From NCBI GenBank assembly GCA_951406725.2, contig OX597815.1, forward strand, positions 182,900,001-182,964,000: a stretch of 64,000 nt of DNA. The letters run 5' to 3'. Positions 13,591-29,886 of the stretch are shown one piece after another. The DNA is from Octopus vulgaris. Taxonomy: Eukaryota. A model generated the notes under the pieces. That model saw only the letters and a program-made list of their open reading frames with translations. It was not told the origin of the DNA and searched no databases. The translations under genes and the position numbers were made by a program. Numbering within the stretch: position 1 is the first letter of the stretch; each line of letters begins with the position of its first letter.

Positions 13591-13628
13591 TCTTTAACGT
13601 TTCGAGCCTACGCTCTTCAACAGAAAGA
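13591..13628 (-). ncRNA. Minimal hammerhead ribozyme-like fold (core CUGUUGA, A6U variant)
   Basis: Minus strand TCTTT-CTGTTGA-A-GAGC-GTAG-GCTC-GAAACGTT-AAAGA. Confidence 0.55.
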
Positions 13629-13719
13629 TACACAGAGAGAAAAAAAAACACAGAAAGAAGGAGAGAAAAAAATGCGTGCAGTAACTAACGAATCAACATG
13701 GCGATATACATTATTCATC

Positions 13720-13828
13720 TTATATTATATATATATATATTATTTATAATATATATATACATATATATATATTATTTATATTATATATATATATATATAT
13801 TATTTATATTATATATATATATATTATT

Positions 13829-13872
<44 letters not shown>

Positions 13873-14023
13873 TATATTATATATATATATTATTTATATT
13901 ATATAGATATATTATTTATATTATATATATATATATATTACTTATATCATATATATATATATTATTTATATTATATAGATATATTATTTATATTATATAT
14001 ATATATTATTTATATCATATATA

Positions 14024-14060
<37 letters not shown>
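13720..14060. repeat. Complex (TA)n / TATTATTTATA low-complexity tract
   Basis: Directly visible. Confidence 0.9.
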
Positions 14061-14065
<5 letters not shown>

Positions 14066-14929
14066 CATACATATGTAAATGTGAGTATGTTTGTTCCCCA
14101 CCACCGTTTCACAACCGCTCTGTTTACGGTCACGTAATTTGGCAGTCCGGCAACAGAGACCGAAAGAATAAGTACAAGGTTTCAAACAAACATAATTACT
14201 GGGGTCGATTCATTCGGCCAAAAATTCCTGAAAGCGGAGTCCAAGCATGGTCGCAGTCTAATGACTAAAGCAGGTTAAAGAAAAATAAACAATATCGGCT
14301 TCACTCGCCGTAGATAAAGCTATAAAGCGATAAATAAAACCATTCAAACATTAGGTTAAAAAATCCTTCGAATAGAAAAATAAAAACGAAGATCGCTCAT
14401 CAGACACGAACTCACATCGCTAAACAACTTATTTCACCTCTATCGGAGTTTTTACATTTTTATGATGTAAACAATACGTGTGTGTCGAAACTTGTCATCG
14501 CATGATTTCAGTTGTTTGATCATCTGAACGACCTAATTAGAGGATGATAGTATACAAGGCTAAATATTCCAAAGTCATGTGTACCCTTAGCGTTCTTTTC
14601 GTCTATCTTGCCGCATTGTGGGATCGAACTTGGGTCTTGGTAATTATGAAACAAACTTTTTAACCTGTCGGTTATACTATCTCTACTTATGTAGAGATCA
14701 CAGGTGTTACCTGACTGACGTCACCTCATATTTAACCAGCGCATGCTAACGGTGAAGAGTTTGTAAAACGCAACGCTATGCCGACTTAACCCAGTGGACC
14801 AACAAGACAGGTGTTACCTCCGACATTCAGAGTTGCTGGCTAGCCAAGGGATCATCTGAAACAAGATCCATGAGAACAGAATGAACATTTAACATTCTTA
14901 CAGACCCACGCTCAAGATCTACGAACTTT

Positions 14930-15112
14930 TTCGTCTGTCTTTACGTTCTGAGTTCAAATTATGCCGAGGTCGACTTTGCCCTTCATCATTTCGGGGGTCG
15001 ATAAATTAAGTACCAGTTACGCACTGGAGTCGATGTAATCGACTTAATCCCTTTGTCTGTCCTTGTTTGTCCCCTGTATGTTTAGCCCCTTGTAGGCAAT
15101 AAAGAAATAAGA
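14930..15112 (+). mobile_element. SINE family A, 5'-truncated
   Basis: Matches the 124-340 body and tail. Confidence 0.8.
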
Positions 15113-16032
15113 ATAAATGTCATGATTCTGTCATTGTGCTTGACTCCTTTGTGAATATTGAGGATGATGATGATGATGATGACAACCACGACGATGACGA
15201 TGATGCATAAACAAATGGTCTGTTTTCAGTATTATCTCCAGCATCACAGATTTTTGCTAAAAGGTTTAAAACAAATTTACTCTTTTCCAAAACTAAGCCA
15301 ATAACGTTTTTCTAGAACTCCCCCACATCACATATTTGTGTTGTTACAACTCAATCAAGTGCCCGTGTGTATGTGTATATGTGCGGTTTGTGTATATGTG
15401 TATGTGTGTGCGCGGTGCGTGTACATATGTGTATGTGTGTATATGTATATATGTGTGTATGTGTATGTGGTACATGTACGTGTGTGTTACGTTTAACAAC
15501 CAAATTCTTCATTCCCCTCTATTAGGGAACTTTTCAAACATTTCTAATAAAATTTCTGCTAAAATGTTGTCAATAACTATTTTATTTCACTCTTGTATTT
15601 ACATTTAAATATTCTCTGGTAATATATTTTATTTTGCTTTGTAGAGTCGACCTTATCAACTCATTTTCCCACTAATTCCCACACTGAATCCTGTCATGTT
15701 TTCGCCACCGACATAGTACGGCGCAGTTCAAAGGAAGGCAAACAAGAGATGAAAGGGTGTTCATGACAAGGAAATCTTTAGTTTGAAATGCAATGAGTTC
15801 GAAAGTTATACACTAGCAAACAAAAATCGGAGTAACAATAAAAGAAAATACGATAGGGTAAGTTACGCAGTGAAAAGAGAGATCGGGAATAATGTTATTC
15901 CGTAAATAGTGAACCAGAAGATACTGCGTTCGACTTCAGGAAATGGTTAGGTGAATCAAATTAAACGAATTGGAAATAGAATTAATTTCTCGGGAAAAAT
16001 AGTCGGCTCTGAAAAGCAAACTGCGAAGCGTA

Positions 16033-17584
16033 TCTCTTATTATAAAAGGCAGATTTTATCTGCCTCCCTTTGGGAGTTATACAAATCTACAATATAGGAT
16101 TTCTTTAATTACAATTTACCTTGCATTTTTAAGAGTACAATGCATTGCGTCATGCCAGGTCCAGTTTTTAAAATTTAAACTCCAATTAAGCAAAATTTAC
16201 AGAAAACTCACATTCTTGTGTGTGTGTCAAATGCTTTTCTTAGTCTGGTTTACACCACACGCAAACGCACACACACAGTGGGCAACGAATAAAATGAAAG
16301 TAAATAGCGACAGAGTGATTTGAGGAAGCCTAAACTGAAAGTAATTAAACCACTACTCAAAAAATAAAAAAACACAGCAAACAGAAACAAATAAATACAT
16401 AACCATTTAGTCCTCACACAATTTCTTCAATTAGAATTTACCTAAGATTTTTCAAAGTACTCCATTCGCTCATGCCATAATATATTTCTTTCAATTTCAC
16501 CCCCAATTAAGACAAAATTCGAGAAAACTCAATATTTTAACATATCACTCCGAAAGCATTGATGTACATGTGTGCTTGCGAGAGTGTGTGTGTGTCATTC
16601 CTCACACACACGCATACACATACATATACAACTACATACAACTACATACACATACAACTACATACAAACACGTGTGTGTTTGTTATTAGTAAAAAAGGCG
16701 CAAAAACACAACTCACTTATCATTCCAACACATTTGCAAAGACACACGGAGGACAGAAAAGGTAAATTGGTTTTTATTTTACTCTGTATATATTTTATTA
16801 TATAATATTATATATAGATATATGTATACATAATTGCAGTATGAAACAGTGTTTATGTATAAACAGACGACACTTATATATAGTTACCAAGCCGCCCGAA
16901 TTTACCTATTCATATTTAAATGAGAATATCAGAGCAAATCTCTTTAGTACATTCGTGAAAACACGTATTATACTTCGTAAACACTTCAACTACAGTTTTG
17001 TACAAAAATCGAAGTGTAATTTTAATTCCGTGAATTATGGGAGATTTTTTTCCGAAATTTGTTCCTATTGTGTTTTCAAAATTTGTAATTCTGACAAAAA
17101 ATGGATACGAATTTCATTATATCAAGCAGCGAGTCAGAATTCGAAGGATTTTCTACTGAAGACCTTCATAAATCTAACTCTATGACTGAAAAAAAAAAGC
17201 ATCTTTATATAAGAGTGAAGTTGTGTGTCTGTCTCCTACGATTTCGATTCCTAACTACTCCCACATTTTGCGGTGCAGTTTAACCAAAAGCGGGTATCTT
17301 ATAGTCGTGATTCATATCGAGCCCTTCTGGGTATTAGCGTGCGTCTACGATGAGTCTACGATTTAAAAAAAATTTACCATCATATTTTTCCATTTTAATG
17401 CATTTTTTTCGCTTTTATATAAGGGAAGTAACTCTCTAAAAATATCTACGATGTGTCAACGATTTAAAAAATATTTACCTTAATTTTTTTTCAATTTTTA
17501 ATGCATTTTTTGGCTATAACTCTCTAAAAATGCTTATATAGTTATTTCCCTTACAACCCGAGCAACGCCGGGCGATACTGCTAG
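16033..17584 (+). mobile_element. Composite non-autonomous Helitron (5' end A, captured piggyBac end, nested Helitron B)
   Basis: Starts A|TCTCTTATTATAAAAGGC; second 5' end TCTTTATATAAGAG at 17202; ends CCCGAGCAACGCCGGG-CGATACTG-CTAG|T; close copy of 52535-54111. Confidence 0.88.
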
Positions 17585-18007
17585 TGTTAATTAAGGTTAA
17601 AGTAGTATAAACTATCTAATGAGATTAAGGCGGCGAGCTGTCCGAGCTGACACACCGGACAAAATACACGGAGGCATTTCATCCGGCTTCGCGTTCTGAC
17701 TTCAAATTCCACGGAGAGGCTGGCTTTACTTTTCATCGTTTCGGGGTCGATAAAATGAGTATTAGTTAAATACTGGGGCTTAACTAGTATTCAGCTAGCT
17801 GAACCCCAGTAATCGCCTTACCCACTCCCTCAAAAATTTCTGGCCTTGTCCCAAAATTCGAAAATAATATTAGACCCTGCGAAATGAATATTTCACATTG
17901 TAATATTTTTAAAAATTTTATCAGATGCTAGTTTCAAATTTTGGCACAAGGCCAGCAATTTCGGGGAGGTGGCTAGTCGATTTCATTGATTGAAAACAAT
18001 AGCACCT

Positions 18008-18049
<42 letters not shown>

Positions 18050-18994
18050 CAGTGGTGGTGGTAGCAGCAGCAGTAGTAGTAGTAGTAGTAGCAGCAGCAG
18101 CAGCCTAATTCTAACTAACGTCTGATTTATAAACCTATGATCAAAGACATTTAAGCTATAGACACAACCACGTTTTTGTTAGTTTTTCTTTGCTTTTTTT
18201 TCAGACCTAATGTACCTAGGGCTATATTAATCAGCGTCTCCTCGTTTTAACACGATAAGCTCTGTGAAGATTTGGTTTTGAATGACATTTCAGCTGCAAA
18301 TTGGTAGAATCGAAAGACTGTTGTGCTCTGATTTCAATTCCTGCCGATGTCAGCTTTGCATTTCATGATATTCTGGTCGCTAAAACAAAGAACAATTGAG
18401 AACGTGGATTGGTTGAATTGCTAAAGCACCGGATAAAACACCTAGCGACGTCTGTTCCGGCTCTTTATGACTTATTTCCTCTGTAGTATAAAAGCTTAAA
18501 CCATCGCTTGATTTAACAACACCAACTGGTTTTTAGTTGTCTTTTGCAGATTTCAGTCTGTTGCAAACATTCAAACCAGACATCTGGTTTAAAAATAACT
18601 TGCTCTTGCTCGAAACCATGCCGTTAAGGTTAATGAATGAATCTCTTTCTTCTCTCATTGAACGGTAAAAATTACATATAACAAAGTGCACGTAATACGG
18701 AGAGACAATCATTCAGTGATGGGATTGAAATATTCATTCTAAACGTAATTATTTTGAGAGATTAAATAACTGAATGATTTCAGCTGCGGCTTGGAAGACG
18801 CAAGAAGTTCAATGTTGAAAAGATTCTAATGAGATAAGGGATATGTTGTGGAGGTCAAAGCAAATGGACTGGATTTGGGCTTTGAATAAAATATGCATCA
18901 TATGAACTCGACTAGAGGAAGCGATTTAATCTTAAAATATAACTTCAAATTAAATTATTACCATAATTAAATAATGAGCCAGCAAATAATTTTT

Positions 18995-19400
18995 TTTATT
19001 TCTTTATTGCTCAAAAAGGGGCTAAACACAGAGGGGACAAACGGATTAAGTTGATTATATCGACTCCAGTGCGAAACTGGTACTTAATTTATCGACCCCG
19101 AAAGGATGAAAGGAAAAGTCGACCTCGGCGGAATTTGAACTCAGAACGCAGCGGCAGACGAAATACCTATTTCTTTACTACCCACAAGGGGCTAAACATA
19201 GAGGGGACCAACAAGGACAGACAAACGGATTAAGTCGATTACATCGATCCCAGTGCGTAACTGGTACTTAATTTATCGACCCCGAAAGGATGAAAGGCAA
19301 AGTCGGCCTTGGTGGAATTTGAACTCAGAACGTAGCGGCAGACGAAATACCGCAAATCATTTCGCCCGGCGTGCTAACGTTTCTGCCAGCACACCGCCTT
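18995..19400 (-). mobile_element. SINE family A dimer
   Basis: Two tandem reverse-complement copies of the family A body. Confidence 0.85.
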
Positions 19401-19483
19401 GAACCAGCAAATAATATTTTAAGTGTTTACAAGAAAATGCAACAGGGAGATTGTGTTATTTGATTTTTTTTATTGGCTGAGGA

Positions 19484-19860
19484 GGCGCAATGGCCCAGTG
19501 GTTAGGGCAGCGGACTCGCGGTCATAGCATCGTGGTTTCGATTCCCAGACCGGGCGTTGTGAGTGTTTATTGAGCGAAAACACCTAAAGCTCCATGAGGC
19601 TCCGGCAGGGATGGTGGTGATCCCTGCTGTACTCTTTCACCACAACTTTCTCTCACTCTTACTTCCTGTTTCTGTTGTACCTGTATTTCAAAGGGCCGGC
19701 CTTGTCACTCTCTGTGTCACGCTGAATATCCCCGAGAACTACGTTAAGGGTACACGTATCTGTGGAGTGCTCAGCCACTTACACGTTAATTTCACGAGCA
19801 GGCTGTTCCGTTGATCGGATCAACCGGAGCCCTCATCGCCGTAACCGACGGAGTGCTTCC
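19484..19860 (+). mobile_element. tRNA-derived SINE, family B (full length)
   Basis: A box TGGCCCAGTGG, B box GGTTTCGATTCCC, tail CGTAACCGACGGAGTGC; related copies at 27503-27790, 40812-40980(-), 44085-44350(-). Confidence 0.85.
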
Positions 19861-20603
19861 ATTTTTATTAGCTTTAATGCAAAAGTCTGTAAGAAAAGTG
19901 AGAAGAATAAGTAAACCAATATTTACGAGAAAGTCTGTAATGCAATGTAGGAAAGTGTATCGTGTGAAAGTGAAATAATCTCGAGAAAAGTGCTGTTATT
20001 ATTTCTTTAATCATAAAAATCACGGAAGTTTGTAGTGAACAAGAATTCGATCAACAATATGTCAAAAAAAAATAATAAAAACACCTGAAGTAGCTGAATC
20101 AAAACGTCACCTGGAACGAAGGTAAGTATGGCATCAATTATTTTTTCTCTATTTTGTTTTCTAAAATTCTAATTTGACTACCATATGTGTTGTGTTGACC
20201 GCATGGACAAGTTGAAGAATAATACATACATAAACGCTTAACAACAGGAAAAAACATTCTCAAAAATAATATTCAACCACATTCAAGTGACGTTAAAGTT
20301 GAAAGTAATAACCAGACGGTTTTTCCTCTCCACTCTTCCTCGCCGACATTAAGTGACTACTTGTTCGTTTTTCTCCAACAACATGATTACTCGTCGTACA
20401 AATGCAGAACTATACATCTTCACAGCTGAATGAATACATCAGATTATCGTAAAAGTGCTCGGTTAAAAGAAATAGAAATAAAAATTAAAACCTAGTGATA
20501 CTTTGTCAATCAAATAAAGGCACGAAAGCTGTAAATCACTATGAGACAGAATTTGAGAAAACAGAACGAAGCAGAATACGGGTGAAAGATTTTCTGGGCA
20601 TAA

Positions 20604-22169
20604 ACGAGGGCAAGTCAAAGATCATACGCACTCTTTTTCCTGTAATTTTTAAAACAAAAGCATGGGTTGAACAACTCCTTTAACATGTTTGCCAAGAACA
20701 TTCCAATGTTGTCTGCATTCACTGCTATGAAGAGCTGTAATTCTGCATTTTTGTAATCTTATAAATTTATAATATATTCTTTAAGCTGTATATTATGTTG
20801 TCACTCTTATGAGTACAATGCTACGTTCTGAGTTCAAATTCTGCCGAGGTTCACTTAGCTTTTCATCCTTTCGGAGACGATAAAGTAAGTTCCAGGGAAA
20901 CACTGGGGCTGATATAATTGATTTATTTCTTACTACCAAATTTCAGGCCTTGTGCCTATAGTTGTTAGAGAGAATGTTTTCTTCCCGAGCCATGCCAGGC
21001 TCATGAGGACCGGTTTTCCCGGTTTCAATGTATTTCTTCTAGAGGTCCAAAAGCTTCCTTATGCCATCGGAGAAAAAGTATTTTGGCTGGTCGCTCAGCA
21101 TTCTGCGCTTTTTCGTCCGTAGCGAAACGACAACCTCGTAAAGGATGTTTGATCGGTCCAAAAAGATGATGGTCGGAAGGGGCGAGATCTTTGACTGTAT
21201 GCAGGATGTTCCAGCAACTCGAAGTTTTTCAATGGTGTGGACAGATGTATTTGTGCATTCTTTGTCGTACAGCAATAACACTGAATTTGACAATAGACCC
21301 CGGTGTTTGGTACAAATTTCTGGTTTTATTTTTGATGGCCAGCACTTAAATGTAGCCTACACTGTAACTGTAGACCCGTTTATTTCTGTATTGTTCCAGT
21401 ATAACCCATGTTTCGTCTCAAAAAATGACCATCATCACTTGCTCTGTAGAAAAGTGAGACGTGAATTTCTTTTTCGCTGGCGACTCCAGGGGTTTCCACC
21501 CTTTTTGGATTCAGGCTCAAAGGGATGGATCCAGGTCTCATTCCTTGAAAACTACTCTCTCTAAAAAATCTTCGCCTTTATCGTTGTAGCGCTCGAGTAA
21601 ACATTAACAGACCACGCAATTGCGCTTATGCGCTTCGGTAAGCTGTTTTGGCATCCCTCTCGCACAGACCTTTTCGTGGATGATCTTGTATGCAGAACCA
21701 AATGTAAATTGCAGAGAACATGTCACCTTATCGGTGGTCATTCGTCGGCTCGCCAAAACCATCTTTCGAACTTGTTGAATCTTGTTGAATCAGTGGTATA
21801 TATTGACGCGGGACCTGCTCTTTCTTCGTGACTCATACTCGTCCGACCATTCTCAAACTTTCCCATACACTCATATATACCTCTGCATAGTAGAGCACTG
21901 TTCGTGTATTATACTGACAGCCTACGCTAAATTTCAGTCCCTGATACACATTCAGACCAGAAAAATTAGATTACTGATCTCTTTCTTCCTTAGCGTACAC
22001 TGCCTGCGGAACGGCCATGCTTATTCTGTAACATTAGAAAAAAAAACTGGAGCGATGAAATTCAAATTTCGGTTGTGTAAGCACAAACATACCACCTCTC
22101 TCCATGCGAACGCTGGAGGCAGTGCAGTCAACCTGTTTTGGCGAAAGGACGGATAATTTTTGACTCCCC
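20604..22169 (-). mobile_element. Decayed mariner-like DNA transposon (transposase relic ~22018 to 21040), with SINE A inserted at ~20820-20960
   Basis: Degenerate TIRs ACGAGGGCAAGTCAAAGATCATACG / CGGATAATTTTTGACTCCCC; minus-strand MAVPQAVYAKEE..RSVI start, GDETWIHPFEPESK and C-terminal GIRKL motifs. Confidence 0.75.
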
Positions 22170-22323
22170 AAATAATTACGTTAACGTAAAAATTTGACGC
22201 GTGTGGAATATATTAAAAGTTAGAATATATCTCAAGTTCGACTTGAATTTTTTTTCCTCAATAACAATATTAGAAGTTCGAAAGAGCAATTCTGAGTTTA
22301 GTATGTTTGAAAGAGAATTAAGT

Positions 22324-24191
<1,868 letters not shown>

Positions 24192-25359
24192 ACACCATAC
24201 TGCATCCGTTTTGTTCGTAAAATGGTTTCCATTTCTTTTACATTAAAATAGATATTTGGCATGTCAGACTCTTCTAGTCAGTTGAGAAATGTTCACTCTA
24301 AAGAACATAAAAGCTTTGAATTGGTCTCATTTACTCACTTGAGCGGAATAATGAAAGGCGAACTCGGCTTCGGTTGCAATTGGACATGGATTTCAAACAG
24401 ATGAAACGTAATACTAATACAATTAATTCAAGAATCTGCTACTTCTGTGACAGACTCGTCGATTGGCATTAAATTTACTGTTAAGAATTTGGTTTTCGTA
24501 CAAATTCCTATCAATCATTCAACATTTCCTCTCTTTAATTTAAAGTTGCTTCATCCATTATATATAAATTGTAGATTGGCAATTGGCACACGGAAAAATT
24601 TCAACACTCACCATACCTTAAATAATTAAATTATGTTCAACAATAAATATTTAGTATTTAAATTAAATTAATTTTTTGTTTACTATTCCTTCATCGAAAA
24701 TAAGATGCTTCAATCGAGCAAAATTATATTTGATCTTTTTGGCTCTCATTCATCTTTAGTACAGCCGTAATCAAACGTTTTTTCTTTTTATTTTGTCTCT
24801 AAAAATACTATACATATTATCAAGGCTATATCACTAAACGATTTAGTTAAAACATCGACGGTTATGGATACGAAAAACTTCTGATTATGGCCTGTTGGGT
24901 GTTTTATTAATCATATTTTTCAATGTTCATTGTATGCGCTCTTTGTAACCTATAACAAAATATCAAGGAGCTCTTCACGAAGGATTGTGGAATCACCAGC
25001 GATAAACCAGACACTGCAGAGTGAGAGAGGAATACATAGACTAGGTGGTCGTGTTATCTAATTAGCACAAAGGAACGTTTTTGAAATTAAAAAATCTAAA
25101 TTAAAATACTTTCTTTTAGCTTTTGTGTTTTATTATACAATTTGATTTACTCCAAGTAATTTAGTCATATTTTTCCATTAGTTTTTAAATACGTTTCCTT
25201 ATATATTTAAAAATATATTTCACTCGTCCATTCGTTTTATATAAGCTGAATGTGCGACCCAATACGTCGTAAATCCTCCTTTTAACGTTTAATATGTTGT
25301 TTGCATCATTGCTCAATGCAAATATCTTTTGTTCCTCAAACAGAAATTTATGTCGTCCA

Positions 25360-25432
<73 letters not shown>

Positions 25433-25453
25433 TAAGGCAGCGAGCTGGAAGGA

Positions 25454-25665
25454 AAGGCGACGAGCTAGCAGAATCGTTAGCTCGTTGAACGGAATGCATA
25501 GCGGTATTTCGCCCGTCGCTACGTTCTGAGTTTAAATTCCGCCGAAGTTTCCTTAATTTTTCGTCCTTTCGGGGTCGATAGAATAAGTGCCAGTTGAACA
25601 CTGGGGTCGATGTAATCAACTCATTCCCTCCGCCAAAACTGCCACCCCTGTGGCAAAATTTGAAA
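25454..25665 (+). mobile_element. SINE family A
   Basis: Family A head and central domain. Confidence 0.75.
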
Positions 25666-25666
25666 C

Positions 25667-25720
<54 letters not shown>

Positions 25721-25721
<1 letters not shown>

Positions 25722-26199
25722 GACTTAGAGAGCAGTGCATGCCATCAAAGTGACACAGGGGTCAAATATACGAAGCCCAGTATACCTATCATGACTACCC
25801 GTCTGATAAGGGTACACTAGGCACATTTAGAATTTTCTTCTGGTCGAGTAACCCATCCCGCTCAAAAGGTCCCTGAATAAGGGTTGTTTAAGGATGTTGA
25901 ACGAAGCACCATGTTTCCAGAGATGAATTATCCAAACCCCAAAGAATCCCTCTCGACACATGGCTATGATGCTCCCCCACTACTTCTGCTTGTGATCGGA
26001 GATGCACATATTGTCAACCACTAAGGGACATGCTCAACTGGTTAAAGTCAAACAACTGACAAGCAAATCTGTGGTATTGAGCAGAATATTTGCTGTAGCC
26101 CATATTTTATACCAAGACAAAACAATGTACATGATAACACTTCCAATCAGTTAAGACAATAAGCCATGAAAGCCACTGCCTGGTATTGCATCAGGGAAT
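25721..26199. mobile_element. ~555-bp (ATT)n-associated element, internally deleted copy
   Basis: Same termini as the 22381 units; (ATT)n on both sides. Confidence 0.88.
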
Positions 26200-26215
26200 T
26201 TATTATTGTTATTAA

Positions 26216-26282
<67 letters not shown>

Positions 26283-26874
26283 ATTATAACGAAGGTGGAA
26301 CTCATTGAATAGCCAGATAAAAATTCCAGTCTTTAAGATTTATCATTTGTTCCGATTTCTGGCACTGCCGATGCTGCATTGCCTCAAATCAGTAAACTAT
26401 CTCAAAGAGTTTCAGCTTCAATATCTTATATACTGCTATTGTATTCAGTGAATATACTTACAACAAAAGCAATGCGCAATATCGTATATATTTCATGTCA
26501 CGGAGAGTCACTGCTTCTAAAATATGGCGCAATAACTTACTCACGTATATCTGCTATTTTACATTTTTGTTTATTCTTATCGTTATTACTCAGCATTTAT
26601 TTTTAGTTGGACAACGTATATATGTTTGTATGTATATATGTATGTGTTCGTATGTACGTATGTATGTGTACGTATGTATGTATGTATGTATGTAGGTATG
26701 TATGTATGTAGGTAGGTAGGTAGGCTGGTAGGTCGGTAGGTAGGTAGGTACGTACGTACGTACGCATACATATGTAATATATGTGTTTGCGTATGCATGT
26801 CTATTTATTAATATACGTGTGTATATACATTGCGTGTGTATGTGTGTATTTGTATGTGTGTGTGTGTGTTTGTA

Positions 26875-26907
<33 letters not shown>

Positions 26908-27502
26908 AGGCGCGTAGCTTAGTGGTAGCATCGCAGTTCATTTCACGTTGCACCGCTCAGCTGTGAATGGGTCGGGCTATGCCAGACAAGCATTCCGATC
27001 AGGGGGAGCGTTGACTGCCAGCCTATTCAGTGGTATGTGTATGTATATGTGTGTGTATATGTGTGTGCGTGCATGTGTGTGTGTATGTATGTACGTATGT
27101 ATATATGCATATATCCCTATATATGTTTGTGCTTATATATATACATATACATACATATATATGTATATATATATTTAAATTTATATTTATGTATATTTAC
27201 CCATATATGCTTATATCTACATGAATATATGTTATGTGTGGTGTGGTGTGTGTGTGTGAGTGTGTCTGTCTGTTGGTCTGTGTATGTGTGCGTGCGTGTG
27301 CGTGTGTGTATAAAATTATTTGTAGAATAATCTGAATCAAGGCATTTTAATAATAAGGGCACAAAGTTAGGGCCGGGGTCAGTATATCCGTGCATACACC
27401 ATTTACAGAACTCTCGCATAAGTCCATGTGAATACGGACATTTCCAAACACATATGCATGTACATGAACACATCAATATACACATATAAACATTAAGGTG
27501 GG

Positions 27503-27790
27503 GGCGCGTGGCTTAAAGGTTAGTATAATCGGCTCACGATCTCAAGGTCGCGAGTTCAATTTCCATCGGCGCGTTGTGTCCTTGAACAAGAACTTTATTT
27601 CACGTTGCTCCAGTCCACTCACCAGGTGAAAATAATTTGATTTGTACCTGTAATTCAAAAGCCGGCTTTGTCACGCTGAATCTCCATGTGTCTGTGGAGT
27701 GTTCAGCCACTTGCACATTAATTTCACGAGCAGTCTTTTCCATTCATCGGATCAACTAGAACCCTCATCATCGTAGCCGACGGAGTGCCA
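27503..27790 (+). mobile_element. SINE family B-related copy
   Basis: tRNA-like head GGCGCGTGGCTTAAAGG...GAGTTCAATT, shared 3' half with 19484-19860. Confidence 0.75.
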
Positions 27791-28899
27791 TATATAGATA
27801 TATATGTACATAAAATCATATACCACTGCACGTCGGTGTGCAGTGTCAGGATCCCTTGTGCTTCCAGATCCGATGTGAGTGAGATTCCAGGTTAGGTATT
27901 TGCATAAAGTAAAACCACAAACGGGTTAAGCCTCACTATAGGTGTTTCAGATGTTTTTTATTGAATAAAACGATTACATCATTAAATCCGTTTCCTTTAG
28001 ATGAATTTAAAAGTTTAAAATTTAAAATTTAGTTCTAAAATATACCGAAGCTGTTTTTCTGTTGATCTCCTCATTTTCGGAACGAATACTCTCATATTTC
28101 TTGCCAAAAGAGAAGGTCAACGGGTCAATACATATACCACTGGTATATTTTCCGAACTAAATTCTAAATTCATAATTCAGCAGAAGAAAGCGGGTATTTT
28201 TCATCATTTGGTCAGTTTATTCATTGAAAAGAAAACACGTCTGGAACAGCTGTAATGTACCTTAACCCGTTTCTATTCAGTATTTACACACACGCACACA
28301 CAACACACACACAAAACACACAAAACATACACACGCACACAACACACATACACACATATTCACACAACACACATATTCCCTTCACCGTTTTCTATCTGTC
28401 TCTCCATACCATCTTTCTCTTTCTCTCTTTCTCTTTCTTTCTCTCTCTCTCTCCCTCTTTCTCTCTCTCTCCCCCTCTCTCTCTCTCTCGTTGCACACAC
28501 GTGACCATCGTCCATCATTTCCTTACATGACTATCTTTTCCTGCACGGACGTTCAAAAATGCGGACGTTTTTTCTCTCCCTCTTCTGTCTTTTCTCTTTT
28601 CAAAAAAAAATATTTCTCTCAGCGTTCACTATTTTCTTCTCATTCTGGTCTAACGACCTTCCATGATTGTTTTGTTCGGTTTCTTTGCATGTCTCCACTG
28701 TCATATTTTTGTTTCTAACTTTGATCCCCCATAAATCCTAAATTTTAGAATTTATGGGAACAACTATCTTTGAAGACTCATACTGTTGTTGAATGCTGGC
28801 AACGAGGAGTAGTTAGAGAGCCACCAGCTGCTGAAGGGTCCTTTCTCTATGTTTACTTGTCCTGATACCCATTTTTTCTCGTTGTTTACGTATTTCATG

Positions 28900-29250
28900 T
28901 TGCTTGAACTGTTACCAGAGAGTCCATGTGGCTTCAGGCCAGGGACATCAACCATGGACATGGTCTTCACACTATGTCAGCTACAGGAGAAAGCAGCGGA
29001 GCAACAATACTCACTATTCGTGGTGTTTTCTGAACTTTTCCAAGGTGTTCGTCACGGTGAGAAAGACTATGGAAATTGCTAGAGAATTACAGATGTCCAA
29101 AGAAGCTTTTTAAGAATATCAAGCAGTTCCAGGCAGGAATAGAAGGACTTTATCTCAGTTGGCGGAAAATTTAGTGAAGCGTTTTGTAGTCGGCCATAGT
29201 ATGAAGTATGTGTACGTGCTAACCCCTACACTGCTTTCAGGATGGAGGCA
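28900..29250 (+). pseudogene. RTE-clade LINE reverse transcriptase fragment
   Basis: LLPESPCGFRPGTSTMDMVFTLCQLQEKAAEQQ matches the RTE RT motif LPESQCGFR..RST.DMIF..RQLQEK; frameshifted afterwards. Confidence 0.8.
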
Positions 29251-29617
29251 GTTTTCTATGCTGAACTGCATTGGGCCAGGCGGCCAGAGAGTTTGCGATA
29301 CGATACAGGGATGTGCTGACGAGACGTACGAAGAAGACCAGTTTCTCCCCAGACATCTAAGAGGAGAAGGCCCTGCGGTGCGACGAATGGCTGAGGCTCG
29401 TAATTTCAGTCATTGAGGAGAAACAACAGAGAGAATACAGAGGAGCATATAAGAGGTGTCACATCGTTGCGTCAAGTAGACTCACCCACAGTAGATGTCA
29501 TCGCTGCTGCAGATCAAGAGAAGGGCTTGTAGCTCACAATAGAACCTGACAGAGAGGATTCCCAAACAAGATGAGATAATTTTGGGACAGCCGAAGAAGT
29601 ATGTACTTGTAATTCTA

Positions 29618-29647
29618 GATAGATAGATAGATAGATAGGTAGGTAGG

Positions 29648-29700
<53 letters not shown>
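29618..29700. repeat. (GATA)n/(GGTA)n microsatellite
   Basis: Directly visible. Confidence 0.95.
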
Positions 29701-29701
<1 letters not shown>

Positions 29702-29826
29702 TGTACATATACTAAATGTATGTACGTTTAGCGTGTATGTATATATTCATATATATATATTTATATATGAATATATGTATGTGTGCATATATATGAATAT
29801 ATATATGCATACATACATATAACTAC

Positions 29827-29886
<60 letters not shown>

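Noticed and set aside
15644-15857. Possible exon (pyrimidine tract-TAG acceptor, GGTAAGT donor)
   Set aside because: Stops in all three frames; only a non-coding exon is possible and nothing else supports it
19484-19556. tRNA gene
   Set aside because: tRNA-like head continues into a dispersed SINE body; acceptor stem does not close
20059-20126. ATG followed by strong donor AAG|GTAAGT
   Set aside because: The ATG frame hits a stop before the donor; an isolated splice motif is not sufficient evidence
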